DNA of 64,000 nucleotides, from NCBI GenBank assembly GCA_963725665.1, contig CAVRZA010000011.1, positions 160,001 through 224,000 of the forward strand, given 5' to 3'. How positions within the stretch are numbered: the first letter of the stretch is position 1; every line of letters begins with the position of its first letter. Shown one piece after another: positions 26,702 through 37,402 of this stretch. The notes under the pieces are model-generated. The model was not told the DNA's origin and did not search any database. It saw only the letters and a program-made list of their open reading frames with translations. The position numbers and the translations under genes are program-made. The DNA is from an uncultured Actinomycetes bacterium (GTDB lineage: Bacteria > Actinomycetota > Thermoleophilia > UBA2241).

Positions 26702-27504
26702 ATCGACAGCGGCGTCGGCGCGGGGACCAGCAACAGCGGGCAGGGCGTGCCCTCGAGCAGCGCCTTGACCCGTTCGCAATGACCCTCGGCGAGCGAATGG
26801 CTCCACGCCGCGACTATCACGTCGGCCCCCAACTCGAGCGCCTCCTGCTGGATGACCTCCCTCGGGTCCCCCACGCGCACGATCGTGCGGTGCCTGCCGC
26901 CCTGGGGGCACTGTGAGAAACGCATGGTGAACTCCTCGCGCCACGACGTCCACTCGTAGTGCTCCTGGTCCATCATGCGCGGCGCCGGCAAGCTGCCCGG
27001 CTCCAGCGGTACGTCCGAGGTCACCACGTGCAAGGCGATGAGCTCGCGTCCCTTGGCGCAGAAGCCCTCCTCGGCGCGACGCATGGCCTCCGACGACGAG
27101 GGGCTGCCTTCGAGCGGCACCAGGACACGCTTGATGTTCGTCACCTCGCGTATCCCCGGCCTGCCGACGAGAAGCGACACGGCCGACTCGCGCACCAGGT
27201 GATCGGTGAGCTCACCTTCGTCGCACAAGGCGCCGGCGAGACAGAAGGAGAGGACGCTCACGTCGTCGGCGCGCGTCGCGGCGAGGATCTCACCCACGGG
27301 GTCGTCGCCGAGATCGACGATCTCGACGTCGCGCGCCAGCTTGTTGGGTATCTCGGGCACCGCGCCGCCGGCGCCGCCAGGAACACGCAGCACGCGCACG
27401 GGCCAGCCGGCGGCGAGAGCGATGGCCCGCGAAGACGCGAGCGCCTTCAGGCAGTCGCTGCCTTCCTCAAGGGCGAACAGGAGAGTCATGGCTTCTCTCT
27501 CCAT
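26698..27504 (-). CDS. Universal stress protein
   Basis: RVLVPLEGSPSS, GDPREVI, ADVIV and PCPLLLVP motifs. Confidence 0.8.
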   Translation of the reverse strand: MEREAMTLLFALEEGSDCLKALASSRAIALAAGWPVRVLRVPGGAGGAVPEIPNKLARDVEIVDLGDDPVGEILAATRADDVSVLSFCLAGALCDEGELTDHLVRESAVSLLVGRPGIREVTNIKRVLVPLEGSPSSSEAMRRAEEGFCAKGRELIALHVVTSDVPLEPGSLPAPRMMDQEHYEWTSWREEFTMRFSQCPQGGRHRTIVRVGDPREVIQQEALELGADVIVAAWSHSLAEGHCERVKALLEGTPCPLLLVPAPTPLSI

Positions 27505-30500
27505 ATTCCCCCGCGCCCACGGACGTATGTGTGCGCGCCGCGCTCGAGGTGCGCCGCCGTGCGGCCGATCACGGCGTCGACCGCGGCGCCCTCGACCTGC
27601 ACCTTGAGGGTCGCGCCGTCGGTCCAGACCTCGAGTCGCGCTCCCCTGAAGCGCAGCGGGAAGCGCAGGCTCTTCCAGTGCTCCGGCAGGTGGGGGTGGA
27701 GGACGACGGCGTCGCCGTGCCGGCGCACGCCGCCGAAGCCCATCACCGTGGCTTGCCAGAGGCCGCCCATGGTCGCCATGTGCAGGCCGCGGGCGGCGTT
27801 GCCCATGTTGTCGGAGAGGTCGACGTCGGCCGCCAGCCGGTAGGAGTCGGTGGCGGCGGCCATCTTGCCCAGCCGGGCTGCGACGGCCGCGTGGATCGCG
27901 GGCGAGAGCGAGCTGCCGTGCACGGTGATAGGTTCGTAGTAATCAAAGTTGGCCGCCGCCACCTCCTGGCTCACCTCGTCGGGCAGCAGGTAGTTCATCA
28001 TCACGACGTCGGCCTGCTTGATCACCTTGGCGTGCTGTGTGACCTCGCGTCCCAGGATGAGATCGGCCGGCATCGGCCTCGGCGTGAGTCGCTCCGGCTC
28101 GATGTCGTCGAGCTCGAAGAAGCCGCCGAACTGCTCGTAGAGCTTCGTCTCGGGGTCGAAGCCGTCGACCATGTTGTCGGCCACAAGGCGCCAGTCGCGC
28201 AGCTCCTTGTCGCTGAGCCGCAGCTTGCGCCGCAGCTCGCCGGCTCGCTTGGGGTCGCGCTCGCCAAGCCAGGCGATGGCGTCGAGGCCGCGGCGGATGT
28301 TCCAGCGCGCCAAGACGTTGGTGTAGGCGTTGTCGTCGACGCTCTCGTGGTACTCGTCGGGGCCGACGACGAGGCGGATGTGATGACGGCCCTCGTCGTC
28401 GTGGCTCGCGCGCGACACCCAGAAGCGAGCCGTCTCGAGGATCATCTCGGCCCCCATGCTGTTGAAGAACTGGTCGTCGCCGGTCACCTTCCAGTACTCC
28501 CACGTCGCCCAGGCCACGTCGGCGGAGATGTGGTGCTCGAGGATCCCTGAGAGGATGGGGATGATCTCGCCGTCGGGCCCCAGGCCGTACGGCGGTGTGG
28601 TCTCGTCGCCGGTGTCGGCCGACTCCCAAGGGTACATGGCGCCGCGGTGGCCGAAGCGCTGCGCCTTGCGGCGCGCCATGTCCAGGCGGTTGTAGCGGTA
28701 GGTCAGCAGCGCCCGCGCCGTCGGCGGGTGCGAGTAGATGAAGAAGGGCACGACGAAGATCTCGGTGTCCCAGAAGACGTGCCCGAAGTACGACATGCCG
28801 GAGAGGCCGCGGGCGCCCACCGAGACGTTGGCATTCGTCGGGTCGGCCGTCGAGATCATGTGGTAGACGGAGAAGCGCACGGCGCGGAGCGCGTGGTCGT
28901 CGCCCTCGATGGCCACGTCGGCGTCGCGCCAGCGCTCCTCCCAAGCCTCGCGATGGCGGCGCAGGAGCTCGTCGTAGCCGGTCTGGCGCGCCTCGCCCAG
29001 CAGCCGCGTGGCGCGGTTCTCGGGCGGTACCTGGCGCGGCGAGGCGGCGACGGCGGCGAGGCGGTCGACCGTCGCCGGCTCGCCGCTCTCGAGCCGCCCG
29101 CCGATCACGTCGCGGTACATCTCGAGGCGCCGCGACACCGGCGAGCCGGGCGCCGGGGTGGTGGCCACGGCTAGGACGTGGCCACCACCCCGGCGCCCGC
29201 GCGTCCTGGCCACGAAGCCCTCGCCGTCGAGCACCTCGACGGCGGCGTCGGTGGTCGGCCCACCGGCGTGGGTGATGCCGAGGCAACCCTCCCACGTGAG
29301 CCTGCCGGAGAAGTTCTCGGGCGTCGCCTCGGCGCGCACGGCGAGCAGGTGACGGTCGGCGAGCGAGGCGAAGCGCGCCGTGCGCAGGCGCACCTCACGT
29401 CCCATGCGGTCGCGCTGCCGCCAGACGCGGAACACGAGCCCCTGGCGCATGTCGAGGATGCGCGTGTGCTCGAGGATCTCCCCGTTGGCGAGGTTCAACG
29501 GCGAGCCGTGCACGAGCAGGCGCAGGCAGAGCCAGTCGGGGGCCGGCACCGGCTGGCGGACGCGCGGCTCGGAGGTGCCGTCGCCGTACACGCCGGCCAC
29601 GAAGGTGGCCGGCGTCGAGGCGGCCGAGCCCTCCTCGAGTGAGCCGCGCGTGCCGGTTTCGCCGTTGGCTACGGTCATCCAGGTCTCGACCTCGCGCTCG
29701 CGGAAGGGGTCGAAGCCATCCACCCTGAAGAGCCACGCCGGATCGGCCGTCGGCTCGGGGAACCCTTCACGCGCGACACGCTCCCGCAGCTCGATCTGCG
29801 CATCGAGGATGCGCAACAATCCCTCGGGTCCGCCCCCGACGTGCAGCACCGGCGGCGCCACGCCGCCGCGCTCGGGACCGACCGAGACGTACTGCGAGTG
29901 CACGAGCTCCGGCACGACGAGTTCCTCGTCCTCGCCGGGCGCGCCGTCGAGCGGGCCGAACTCGGCGCCGCAGACGAGCAGGTCGCTCGTCTCGCGCCCG
30001 CGCTCGCGGACCAGATAGCGCGCCACCCAGCGAATGCTGTCCGACCCGTCGGTGAGACCGATCTCGACGCGCCCGTCGCCGGCCGTGAGGCGCGCCTTGC
30101 CGAACCCGATCTCGTCGGCTAGGCGCGAGGCCAGCGCCAACACCCCGCGCAGACCCTCGAACCCTGCCCGCGCGACTCGGCGGGCGGCCTCTGCCTCGAT
30201 CTCGCGGCGGTCGAGCGCCGACGCCTCGCGCTGCTCCGTGCCCGCGGCCTCAGGCCGGCCGGCTCCGTCGGCCTCGCCGCCCTCCAACGCCCCGCCGCGT
30301 GCGTCCGCTCCCGCACCGCCCTCTTCACCGCGGTCGACATCGGGCAGGAGGTCGACCACGCGGCGGCTGAGCGGCCTGCCCTCGGCGCGCGCCTCGAGAC
30401 CGCGCTCGCCGAGCTCGCCGCACAGCCGTGCGGCGAGCTCGGCGAGCTTCTGCTCCTCGTCGGGGGTCGGCCGCCGGCGCTGCAGCAGGCGCGGCCCCCG

Positions 30501-30845
30501 CGGGCCGACGACGTAGGCTTCGGAGCCTGCCGAGAGCAGCAGGAAGAGGCGTCCTTCGACGCCGGGGCGTGCGTGCAGTTGCCCGTCGACCGCCTGCACG
30601 GCGGCGGTGCTCATGATCGCCACGTCGACGCCGAGCGCCGTCAGGCGCTCGACGCGACTGCGTACAGGGCTCGCGTCGACGTCGGGATCCGGCACGGCGG
30701 TGCCCAGCCAATCGAAAGCGACCACGGGGTAGAGGCGGCCGAGCTCGTGGAAACCGCCGGCGGTGCCGGGGGCCGCGGCAAAGGCCGCCCACGCCTCGGC
30801 CGATCCGCCGTCCCCTCGATCTGTTCCGCGCTCCGTCGCGCTCAT
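27486..30845 (-). CDS. GH65 glycoside phosphorylase with an N-terminal HAD-like domain
   Basis: GARGLSG..YFGHVFWDTE, YPWES, GPDEYHE, KQAD and HGSSLS motifs; N-terminal VVAFDWLGT. Confidence 0.9.
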   Translation of the reverse strand: MSATERGTDRGDGGSAEAWAAFAAAPGTAGGFHELGRLYPVVAFDWLGTAVPDPDVDASPVRSRVERLTALGVDVAIMSTAAVQAVDGQLHARPGVEGRLFLLLSAGSEAYVVGPRGPRLLQRRRPTPDEEQKLAELAARLCGELGERGLEARAEGRPLSRRVVDLLPDVDRGEEGGAGADARGGALEGGEADGAGRPEAAGTEQREASALDRREIEAEAARRVARAGFEGLRGVLALASRLADEIGFGKARLTAGDGRVEIGLTDGSDSIRWVARYLVRERGRETSDLLVCGAEFGPLDGAPGEDEELVVPELVHSQYVSVGPERGGVAPPVLHVGGGPEGLLRILDAQIELRERVAREGFPEPTADPAWLFRVDGFDPFREREVETWMTVANGETGTRGSLEEGSAASTPATFVAGVYGDGTSEPRVRQPVPAPDWLCLRLLVHGSPLNLANGEILEHTRILDMRQGLVFRVWRQRDRMGREVRLRTARFASLADRHLLAVRAEATPENFSGRLTWEGCLGITHAGGPTTDAAVEVLDGEGFVARTRGRRGGGHVLAVATTPAPGSPVSRRLEMYRDVIGGRLESGEPATVDRLAAVAASPRQVPPENRATRLLGEARQTGYDELLRRHREAWEERWRDADVAIEGDDHALRAVRFSVYHMISTADPTNANVSVGARGLSGMSYFGHVFWDTEIFVVPFFIYSHPPTARALLTYRYNRLDMARRKAQRFGHRGAMYPWESADTGDETTPPYGLGPDGEIIPILSGILEHHISADVAWATWEYWKVTGDDQFFNSMGAEMILETARFWVSRASHDDEGRHHIRLVVGPDEYHESVDDNAYTNVLARWNIRRGLDAIAWLGERDPKRAGELRRKLRLSDKELRDWRLVADNMVDGFDPETKLYEQFGGFFELDDIEPERLTPRPMPADLILGREVTQHAKVIKQADVVMMNYLLPDEVSQEVAAANFDYYEPITVHGSSLSPAIHAAVAARLGKMAAATDSYRLAADVDLSDNMGNAARGLHMATMGGLWQATVMGFGGVRRHGDAVVLHPHLPEHWKSLRFPLRFRGARLEVWTDGATLKVQVEGAAVDAVIGRTAAHLERGAHTYVRGRGGIWREKP

Positions 30846-31047
30846 CTGGCGTCTGGTCCCTTCTATCCGACGCCCGGGTACGCTAGCCCTCCCTCAAGCG
30901 CAGCGCAAGGCTAGGCGCGTTCCCGAAGTCGACCCGCCCTTGGACCTTTCCCGTACTCGAGCGACCGGACACGGTAGACTTGACGCTGATCGTCGCCCCG
31001 TCGGGGCGACAGCGTTCCAGCTACCGTGACGCGAGGAGTGGCCGTCG

Positions 31048-32313
31048 GTGATCGAGTTCGATGTCGAGTACGTCCGCAGGCAGTTTCCCGCCCTCGAGAG
31101 GTCGATAAACGGCTTCCCGGCGGCCTATCTCGACGGCCCCGGCGGCACGCAGGTGCCCCGACGGGTGGTCGACGCGGTCGTCGGCTACCTCGTCGATCAC
31201 AACGCCAACACCCACGGCGTCTTCGCGACCAGCGAGGAGAGCGACGCCATCCTCGACCACGCCCATCGCGCCGCAGCCGACTTCCTCGGCTGCGATCGCG
31301 ACGAGGTCAGTTACGGCGCCAATATGACGACCCTCACCCTGCTGCTCGCCCAGGCGATCGCTCGCGAGCTTCGGCCGGGCGACGAGATCCTTGTGACGCA
31401 GCTCGACCACGAGGCGAACCGCGGCCCCTGGGACCAGCTCAACGACCATGGCGTCGTGATCCGCGAGGCGCCCGTCGACCTGGTCACGTGCACCATCGAC
31501 TGGGAAGGGCTCGAGGAGCTGGTCGGCGAGCGCACGAAGGTGATCGCTATCGGCTACGCCTCGAACGCGGTCGGCACGGTCAACGACGTGCGCCGGGCCG
31601 CCGCCGTAGCCCGGCGGGCCGGCGCCCTGTCGGTCATCGACAGCGTGCACTACGCTCTGCACGGACCCATCGACGTGCGCGACATCGGCTGCGACGTGCT
31701 GCTTTGCTCGGCCTACAAGTTCTTCGGACCTCACGTGGGCATCATGTACGTCCGCCGCTCGGTCAGCGAGCGCTTGCGGCCGCTCAAGCTGCGCGCCCAG
31801 GAAGACGCACCCCCCTTCAAGTGGGAGACGGGCACGCTGAACCACGAAGGCATGGCCGGCGCCGGCGAGGCGATCGAGTTCATCGCCGACCTCGGACGTC
31901 ACCACGAGGCCTTCATCGAGGAACGAGCGCCGGGGCGGCTGACCGGCCTGAGTGGTCGGCGGCGCGACATCGTGGCCGGCATGATCGCCACCGAGCTCTA
32001 CGAGCAGCCGCTGGCGCAGCGCCTGATCGAGGGGCTCGAGGCGATCGCCGGCGTCACCGTCTACGGGCCTCCGGCGGGACATGCCCGCACCTCGACGGTG
32101 TCGTTCACGGTCGGGGGACGGAACGCGCAGCATGTCGCTCGGCTCCTCGGTCGGAAGGGCCTGTTCGTCTGGGACGGCGACTTCTACGCCATGCGCCTCG
32201 TAGAGCTCCTGGGGCTCGGCGACCGCAGCGGGCTCGTACGCGTCGGCCTCGCGCCCTACAACACGGCCGACGAGGTCGAGCGCGTCCTCGCCGCGGTCGC
32301 CGAGCTCGCCTAG
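31048..32313 (+). CDS. Cysteine desulfurase-like PLP protein (VC1184/TIGR01976 type)
   Basis: LDGPGGTQVP, LDHEAN, SAYKFFGPH and ETGT motifs. Confidence 0.9.
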   Translation: MIEFDVEYVRRQFPALERSINGFPAAYLDGPGGTQVPRRVVDAVVGYLVDHNANTHGVFATSEESDAILDHAHRAAADFLGCDRDEVSYGANMTTLTLLLAQAIARELRPGDEILVTQLDHEANRGPWDQLNDHGVVIREAPVDLVTCTIDWEGLEELVGERTKVIAIGYASNAVGTVNDVRRAAAVARRAGALSVIDSVHYALHGPIDVRDIGCDVLLCSAYKFFGPHVGIMYVRRSVSERLRPLKLRAQEDAPPFKWETGTLNHEGMAGAGEAIEFIADLGRHHEAFIEERAPGRLTGLSGRRRDIVAGMIATELYEQPLAQRLIEGLEAIAGVTVYGPPAGHARTSTVSFTVGGRNAQHVARLLGRKGLFVWDGDFYAMRLVELLGLGDRSGLVRVGLAPYNTADEVERVLAAVAELA

Positions 32314-32322
32314 AGCGCCCCG

Positions 32323-33222
32323 CTACCCGAGCCGCACCAGGTTGCGCCCGCCGGCTTTGCTCTCGTAGAGGAGCCCGTCAGCGCGCGCGACAATCGACTC
32401 CACCGTGTCCGAGGGCACGCCCAGCGTCGCGCCGACCGAGATCGTCACCTGGAGAGGCTGCGCCTGCTGAGGGTAGCCGGACTTTTCCACCAAGGCGCGC
32501 AGGCGCTCGCCGATCTCGTGCAGAAGACCCGCGCCGACGTTGGGGCAGACGACGACGAACTCCTCGCCGCCGTAGCGAGCCACCTCGTCGAAGGAGCGCA
32601 CGTTGGCCTTCAGGGTGGCCGCCACCAGGCGCAGCATGCGGTCTCCTATCGCGTGCCCATGGTCGTCGTTCACCTCTTTGAAGTGGTCGACGTCGACGAA
32701 CAGCAGGCCGCAGGACCAGCCGTAGCGACGCAGCTCGTCGAGGCGCGCCCTGACGGCCGCCTCGGCGTAGCGACGGTTCCCGACCCCGGTGAGAGGGTCG
32801 ACCATGATGAGGTCTTCGAGCTCGCGCAGACGCTCGAGGGCGGCGACCTGCGGTGAGTCGTCCGAGAAGGTCTCCGCGGCGCCGATGATCTCGCCGTCAT
32901 CCGCCAGCAGCGGCGAGACGCGCACGTGCACCGGCACGCGGTGCCCCTCGCGGTGGCGCACGAAAAGGTCGGCCTCGCGCGGCTCGCCGTCTTGGGCGCT
33001 GCACGCCGCCGGGCAGCCGCTGTCGCAGAGGCTGCAGCCCTGGGCATCGACGTGCATGAGGATGTCGTCGGAGCAGCGCGAGCCTACGACCTCGCCGGAG
33101 GTGTAGCCGGTGATCCGCTCGGCGCCCTTGTTCCAATAGGTGATGCGCCGGTCTCGGTCGAGGAAGTAGACGCCGTCGTGGAGGTCGTCGAGGATTCGCT
33201 TAAACTGGTCGCCGTCGTTCAC
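32323..33222 (-). CDS. PAS-GGDEF diguanylate cyclase
   Basis: YWNKGAERITGY PAS motif; DPLTG, DVDHFKEVND and RYGGEEF motifs. Confidence 0.92.
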   Translation of the reverse strand: MNDGDQFKRILDDLHDGVYFLDRDRRITYWNKGAERITGYTSGEVVGSRCSDDILMHVDAQGCSLCDSGCPAACSAQDGEPREADLFVRHREGHRVPVHVRVSPLLADDGEIIGAAETFSDDSPQVAALERLRELEDLIMVDPLTGVGNRRYAEAAVRARLDELRRYGWSCGLLFVDVDHFKEVNDDHGHAIGDRMLRLVAATLKANVRSFDEVARYGGEEFVVVCPNVGAGLLHEIGERLRALVEKSGYPQQAQPLQVTISVGATLGVPSDTVESIVARADGLLYESKAGGRNLVRLG

Positions 33223-33430
33223 GCTGCCGTCCTTGCTGGAGGCGCAGGGGCCACTGCGCCGGCGTCACCGGCAGTACTATGCCCCATTGGGAGCACCAGT
33301 CGTGCATGATGACTGCCTGTTTCGGCGGGAGACGTGACCATCTTGAGCGAGGTCGTCACGGCTCAAGGACCGGCACCGGGTCTGTCGCCGCGTACGACAG
33401 GAGAAGGATCGAGTCGATCTGGAGGACGCG

Positions 33431-34459
33431 ATGGCAGCGGTCGCACACCACGTGAAGGTCAAGCTTTGCCTGCTTGGCTTCGGCAACGTCGGACGCGGCT
33501 TCTGCGAGCTCGTCGCCGCCCAGGAAGACGAGCTCGCACGCGAGTTCGGCCTGCATTTCGTGGTGACTGCGATCGGCACACGACACGGCTCGCTGCTCGA
33601 GCCCGAGGGCCTGCGGGCGGGCGAGGCGCTGGCCCGCACGAAGGCGGGCCTGCCCTCGCCCGCCCGGCCGGCCGACGAGCTGATAGCCGCCTCGGGCGCC
33701 GGCGTGCTCGTCGAGGCGACGGTGATGGAGCACGCCGGCGCCCCCACCGCCACCAGGCACGTCGAGTCGGCTTTCCGCTGCGGCCTCGACGTGGTCACCG
33801 TCAACAAAGGCCCGGTGGCCTACAACTACCGCCGCCTACAGGACATGGCGCAGTCGCTCGGACGCCGCTGGCGCTTCGAGGGCACGGTGATGGATGGTCT
33901 GCCGGTCTTCAACCTGCTCGAGTTCGCCCTCCCCGGCACGCGGCTGCTCGGCTTCGACGCCGTCTTCAACGGGACGACCAACTTCATCATCGACGCCATG
34001 GCCGCAGGGCGCAGCCTCGACGACGCGCTCGCCGAGACTCAGGCCGACGGCTACGCGGAGGCCGATCCCTCCAACGACATCGACGGCTGGGACGCCGCCG
34101 CCAAGGCAGCGGCGCTGGCGAACGTCGCCATGGACGCACGCCTCACCCCCGACGGCGTCGAGAAGCAGAGCCTGCGCGACGTGCCTCTCGAGCGCATCCT
34201 CGACGCGCGGCGCGGGGGCAAGCGCTTGCGCATGCTCACGAGCGCAGCGCGCGCCGAGGGAGGGGCCGTCGCGGCGCGCGTGCGTGCGGTCGAGCTACCG
34301 CTCGACCACCCGCTGGCGCCGGTCGGCGGCCCCTCCCTCGGCGCCGTCCTGCACACCGACCTTATGGGGGATATCGTCGTCGCCGAGCTGGGCGCGCTGG
34401 TGCCACAGACGGCCTACTCGGTGCTCTCCGACCTGTTGACGCTGCACCTGCGTCGATAA
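33431..34459 (+). CDS. hom: Homoserine dehydrogenase
   Basis: GFGNVG, TVNKGP, FEGTVMDGLP, NGTTNFI and AEADPSNDIDGWDAAAK motifs. Confidence 0.88.
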   Translation: MAAVAHHVKVKLCLLGFGNVGRGFCELVAAQEDELAREFGLHFVVTAIGTRHGSLLEPEGLRAGEALARTKAGLPSPARPADELIAASGAGVLVEATVMEHAGAPTATRHVESAFRCGLDVVTVNKGPVAYNYRRLQDMAQSLGRRWRFEGTVMDGLPVFNLLEFALPGTRLLGFDAVFNGTTNFIIDAMAAGRSLDDALAETQADGYAEADPSNDIDGWDAAAKAAALANVAMDARLTPDGVEKQSLRDVPLERILDARRGGKRLRMLTSAARAEGGAVAARVRAVELPLDHPLAPVGGPSLGAVLHTDLMGDIVVAELGALVPQTAYSVLSDLLTLHLRR

Positions 34460-34531
34460 GCGCAAGCGCCCGGCACGGTCCCCCGCGCGCTTGCCTCATC
34501 CCCGTCGCGCCACTCGAGGCGGCCCGCAGTG

Positions 34532-34948
34532 TCACGGGCCGGTCGCCGTCTCGGCCACCCGCCAGCGTCCCGACGCGTCGCGCACGAGCAGCATGAAGTT
34601 GGGCCACTTGGGGTTGCCGGCCATGGGCGGCGGGTCGCGCGTCAGGTCGGTCTGCAGCATGACCGCGTCGGGACCCTCGACGCTGATCGGCTTGACGCTC
34701 TCGAGGCGGATAGAACGGATCGCCTTCATATCGTCGAGGCCCCAGAAGTGATCGGGGTCGACCATCAGGGAGCGCGCGAGCGTGAAGTCGTCGTCGACGG
34801 CCGCGATGAGCTGCTCGACGACACGCTTCGCCGCAGCCACGTCGGACGCCGAGACCGTGGACGAGGCCGTGGCTGCCGGAGACGAGGCCGCGGCGGCCGC
34901 AGCGATGAGCCGCAGCGTCAATTCCCTGGCCACGTGCCGACCGATCAT
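34532..34948 (-). CDS. Small exported hypothetical protein (DUF4829/NTF2-like)
   Basis: GGGGG RBS; Ala/Ser-rich N-terminus; C-terminal [14 protein letters not shown]. Confidence 0.55.
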   Translation of the reverse strand: MIGRHVARELTLRLIAAAAAASSPAATASSTVSASDVAAAKRVVEQLIAAVDDDFTLARSLMVDPDHFWGLDDMKAIRSIRLESVKPISVEGPDAVMLQTDLTRDPPPMAGNPKWPNFMLLVRDASGRWRVAETATGP

Positions 34949-35176
34949 GGCATCCCCCCTCTCCGTGCGCGCGCCTCAGGTCCGAGCAGCCGTGTCACCT
35001 TGACCGGCCGGAGCGAGACAGGCTTCTCGCCGCACTGTCTCACCGCCGCCGAACCAGCGCCAACCCGCCAAGCACATGCGCGACCGCTTTCGCCGTCTGG
35101 CAAAGAATCGGTCGGCCACTGTACTGTAGGGTGCCGCGCAACGCACGGTCGAGGGCCGACACGAAAGGCACGCAGA

Positions 35177-36382
35177 ATGAGCAGCGAACCTTCGCACATC
35201 GCCCCCTTCCACCCGCCCGAACGGACCCTGATGGGCCCCGGGCCCTCCGACGTCCCCGAGCGCGTGCTCGCCGCCATGGCGCGACCGACGATCGGCCATC
35301 TCGATCCAGCGTTCGTGGTCATGATGGAGGAGCTCAAGGAGCTCTTGCGCTACGCGTTCCAGACGCGCAACGAAGTCACGTTTCCCGTGTCCGCACCGGG
35401 GTCGGTGGGCATGGAGACATGCTTCGTCAACCTGGTTGAGCGGGGCGACACGGTGATCGTTTGCCGCAACGGCGTCTTCGGCGGACGGATGGTCGAGAAC
35501 GTCGAGCGTTGCGGCGGCACTGCGGTCGTGGTCGACGACCAGTGGGGACGACCCGTGACGCCGGAGAAGCTCCAGGCGGCGCTGCACGCCCACCCGGCCG
35601 CCCGCCTCGTCGCCTTCGTCCAGGCCGAGACATCGACCGGCGTGCTGACCGACCCCCGCCCGCTCGTGTCACTGGCCCACGAGCACGGGTGCCTCGCCAT
35701 CGTCGACACGGTGACGGCCCTCGGGGGGTGCGCCGTCGCGGTCGACGAGTGGGGCATCGACGCCGTCTATTCCGGCTCGCAGAAGTGCCTCTCCGTGCCT
35801 CCGGGGCTCTCGCCGGTCAGCTTCAACGAAGCCGCCCTGGCCAAGGTGCGCGCCCGCACGACGCGCTGCCAGAGCTGGTTCATGGACCTCGACCTCGTCC
35901 TCGCCTACTGGGGGTCGTCGACGCGCACCTACCACCACACCGCGCCCGTCAACGCACTCTACGGCCTTCACGAGGGGCTGCTCATGCTCGCCGAAGAGGG
36001 CCTCGAGGAGGCGTGGGGCCGCCACCAACGCCACCACGACGCCCTCGTCGCCGGCTTCGAGGCCATGGGTCTGGGCCTGCCCGTCGAGAAGCCACATCGC
36101 CTGCCGCAGCTCAACCTCATCCTAGTGCCAGTGGGGATCGACGAGGCGACGGTGCGCGCTCGGCTCCTGCAGGAGTTCGACCTCGAGGTCGGCGCCGGAC
36201 TGGGCCCGCTGGCGGGCAGGGTCTGGCGTGTAGGGCTGATGGGCCACGCAAGCCGGCCCGAGAACGTGCTGCTGTGCCTGCGCGGCTTCGAGGACGTGCT
36301 GCGCGACCTGGGGTTCGCGGCGCCCGCGGGCGAAGCCGAGCGGGCGGCGCGAAGCCTGCTCGACGCCGGGTCGCCGGGATGA
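35177..36382 (+). CDS. Class V aminotransferase (alanine/serine-glyoxylate aminotransferase; PucG-like)
   Basis: [35 protein letters not shown] and WRVGLMG motifs. Confidence 0.92.
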   Translation: MSSEPSHIAPFHPPERTLMGPGPSDVPERVLAAMARPTIGHLDPAFVVMMEELKELLRYAFQTRNEVTFPVSAPGSVGMETCFVNLVERGDTVIVCRNGVFGGRMVENVERCGGTAVVVDDQWGRPVTPEKLQAALHAHPAARLVAFVQAETSTGVLTDPRPLVSLAHEHGCLAIVDTVTALGGCAVAVDEWGIDAVYSGSQKCLSVPPGLSPVSFNEAALAKVRARTTRCQSWFMDLDLVLAYWGSSTRTYHHTAPVNALYGLHEGLLMLAEEGLEEAWGRHQRHHDALVAGFEAMGLGLPVEKPHRLPQLNLILVPVGIDEATVRARLLQEFDLEVGAGLGPLAGRVWRVGLMGHASRPENVLLCLRGFEDVLRDLGFAAPAGEAERAARSLLDAGSPG

Positions 36383-36435
36383 CGAGCCATCCGGGCGACG
36401 TTTCGTCCAGCCGACACCTTGGCCGGTGAGGCGGA

Positions 36436-36478
36436 GGAGAGGGGCGGGCGGTGCATGCCGCACCGCCCGCCCCTCTCC
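36436..36478. terminator. 19-bp hairpin between convergent genes
   Basis: ggagaggggcgggcggtgc-atgcc-gcaccgcccgcccctctcc. Confidence 0.7.
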
Positions 36479-36480
36479 CG

Positions 36481-37206
36481 TTACAGCTGCAGGAGCCGCC
36501 CGAACCCGAGCACCGGCTCACCGATGCCGGCGAGCCGCAACGCCTCCCAGAACGACGCCTGGTTGGCCGAGACGACCGGCTTGGCGAGGTCCTCCTCGAG
36601 CTCCTGGAGGATCGCCGCCGTGCGCAGGTTCGTGCAACTGATGAAGACGGCGTCGGCGTCGGGACGGTCGAGGTCGCGCGCCTGCGCGTAGACGCGCTCG
36701 GGCGAGGTGCGACCGATGTCGTGGTCGTCAGCGAAGCCGAGGCTGCTCGTGGCGAGCACCTCGAAGCCCTGCTCGGCGAAGTACGCGGCGCCGCGCGCGG
36801 TGACCTCCTCGAGATACGGGGTGGCGAGCACGATGCGCTGCGCCCCAACGGCGCGCAGGCCGTTCGCCGCAGCGCTGGCCGTTGTGGTCACCGGCAGCCC
36901 GCCGGTGGCCGCGCGCATCGTCTCGATGATGCGCTCGTCGTAGCTCTTGCCCTCGACGAAACTGCCGCTGGTGCATCCGAAGACCATGCTGTGCAAGGGA
37001 GCCATGGCGAGCACCCGCGCCGCCTCGGCCGTGCGCTCGGCGAGCTTGCGCAACTCCTCCACGGTGACGCGCGCAAGCTCGACGCGTGTCGTGTGGATAG
37101 ACACGCCCTCGGGCGTCATTGCGTAGCACTCCGGCTCCATGACGGTGCTGGTCGAGGTGTAGATGAGCCCTATCCGGGCCCGGTAGCCGTACAGGTCAGG
37201 CTGCAT
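36481..37206 (-). CDS. Maleate cis-trans isomerase / Asp-Glu racemase family protein
   Basis: FGCTSGS, TPY, FISCTNL and KPVVSANQA motifs (two catalytic Cys). Confidence 0.88.
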   Translation of the reverse strand: MQPDLYGYRARIGLIYTSTSTVMEPECYAMTPEGVSIHTTRVELARVTVEELRKLAERTAEAARVLAMAPLHSMVFGCTSGSFVEGKSYDERIIETMRAATGGLPVTTTASAAANGLRAVGAQRIVLATPYLEEVTARGAAYFAEQGFEVLATSSLGFADDHDIGRTSPERVYAQARDLDRPDADAVFISCTNLRTAAILQELEEDLAKPVVSANQASFWEALRLAGIGEPVLGFGRLLQL

Positions 37207-37402
37207 CAGTCCCCTCCACGAAGCGGTTGTACGGAGCTAGCTTCTGCGCCTCACGGCGAGCACGTCAAGCGCACGCGATCCCCCGGCCGCATCGCCTGTC
37301 AACTTGGTCCCGAGGGCGGTTAGGCGGTACCGTGATAGAAGAGACGCCGCGTCGGTGGAACTGCGGGGCACAACGACAACGACATCGAAGACCGAGGGAG
37401 AG

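Noticed and set aside
33300-33430. SAM riboswitch or T-box leader before hom
   Set aside because: Only short generic hairpins are present, with no consensus motifs.
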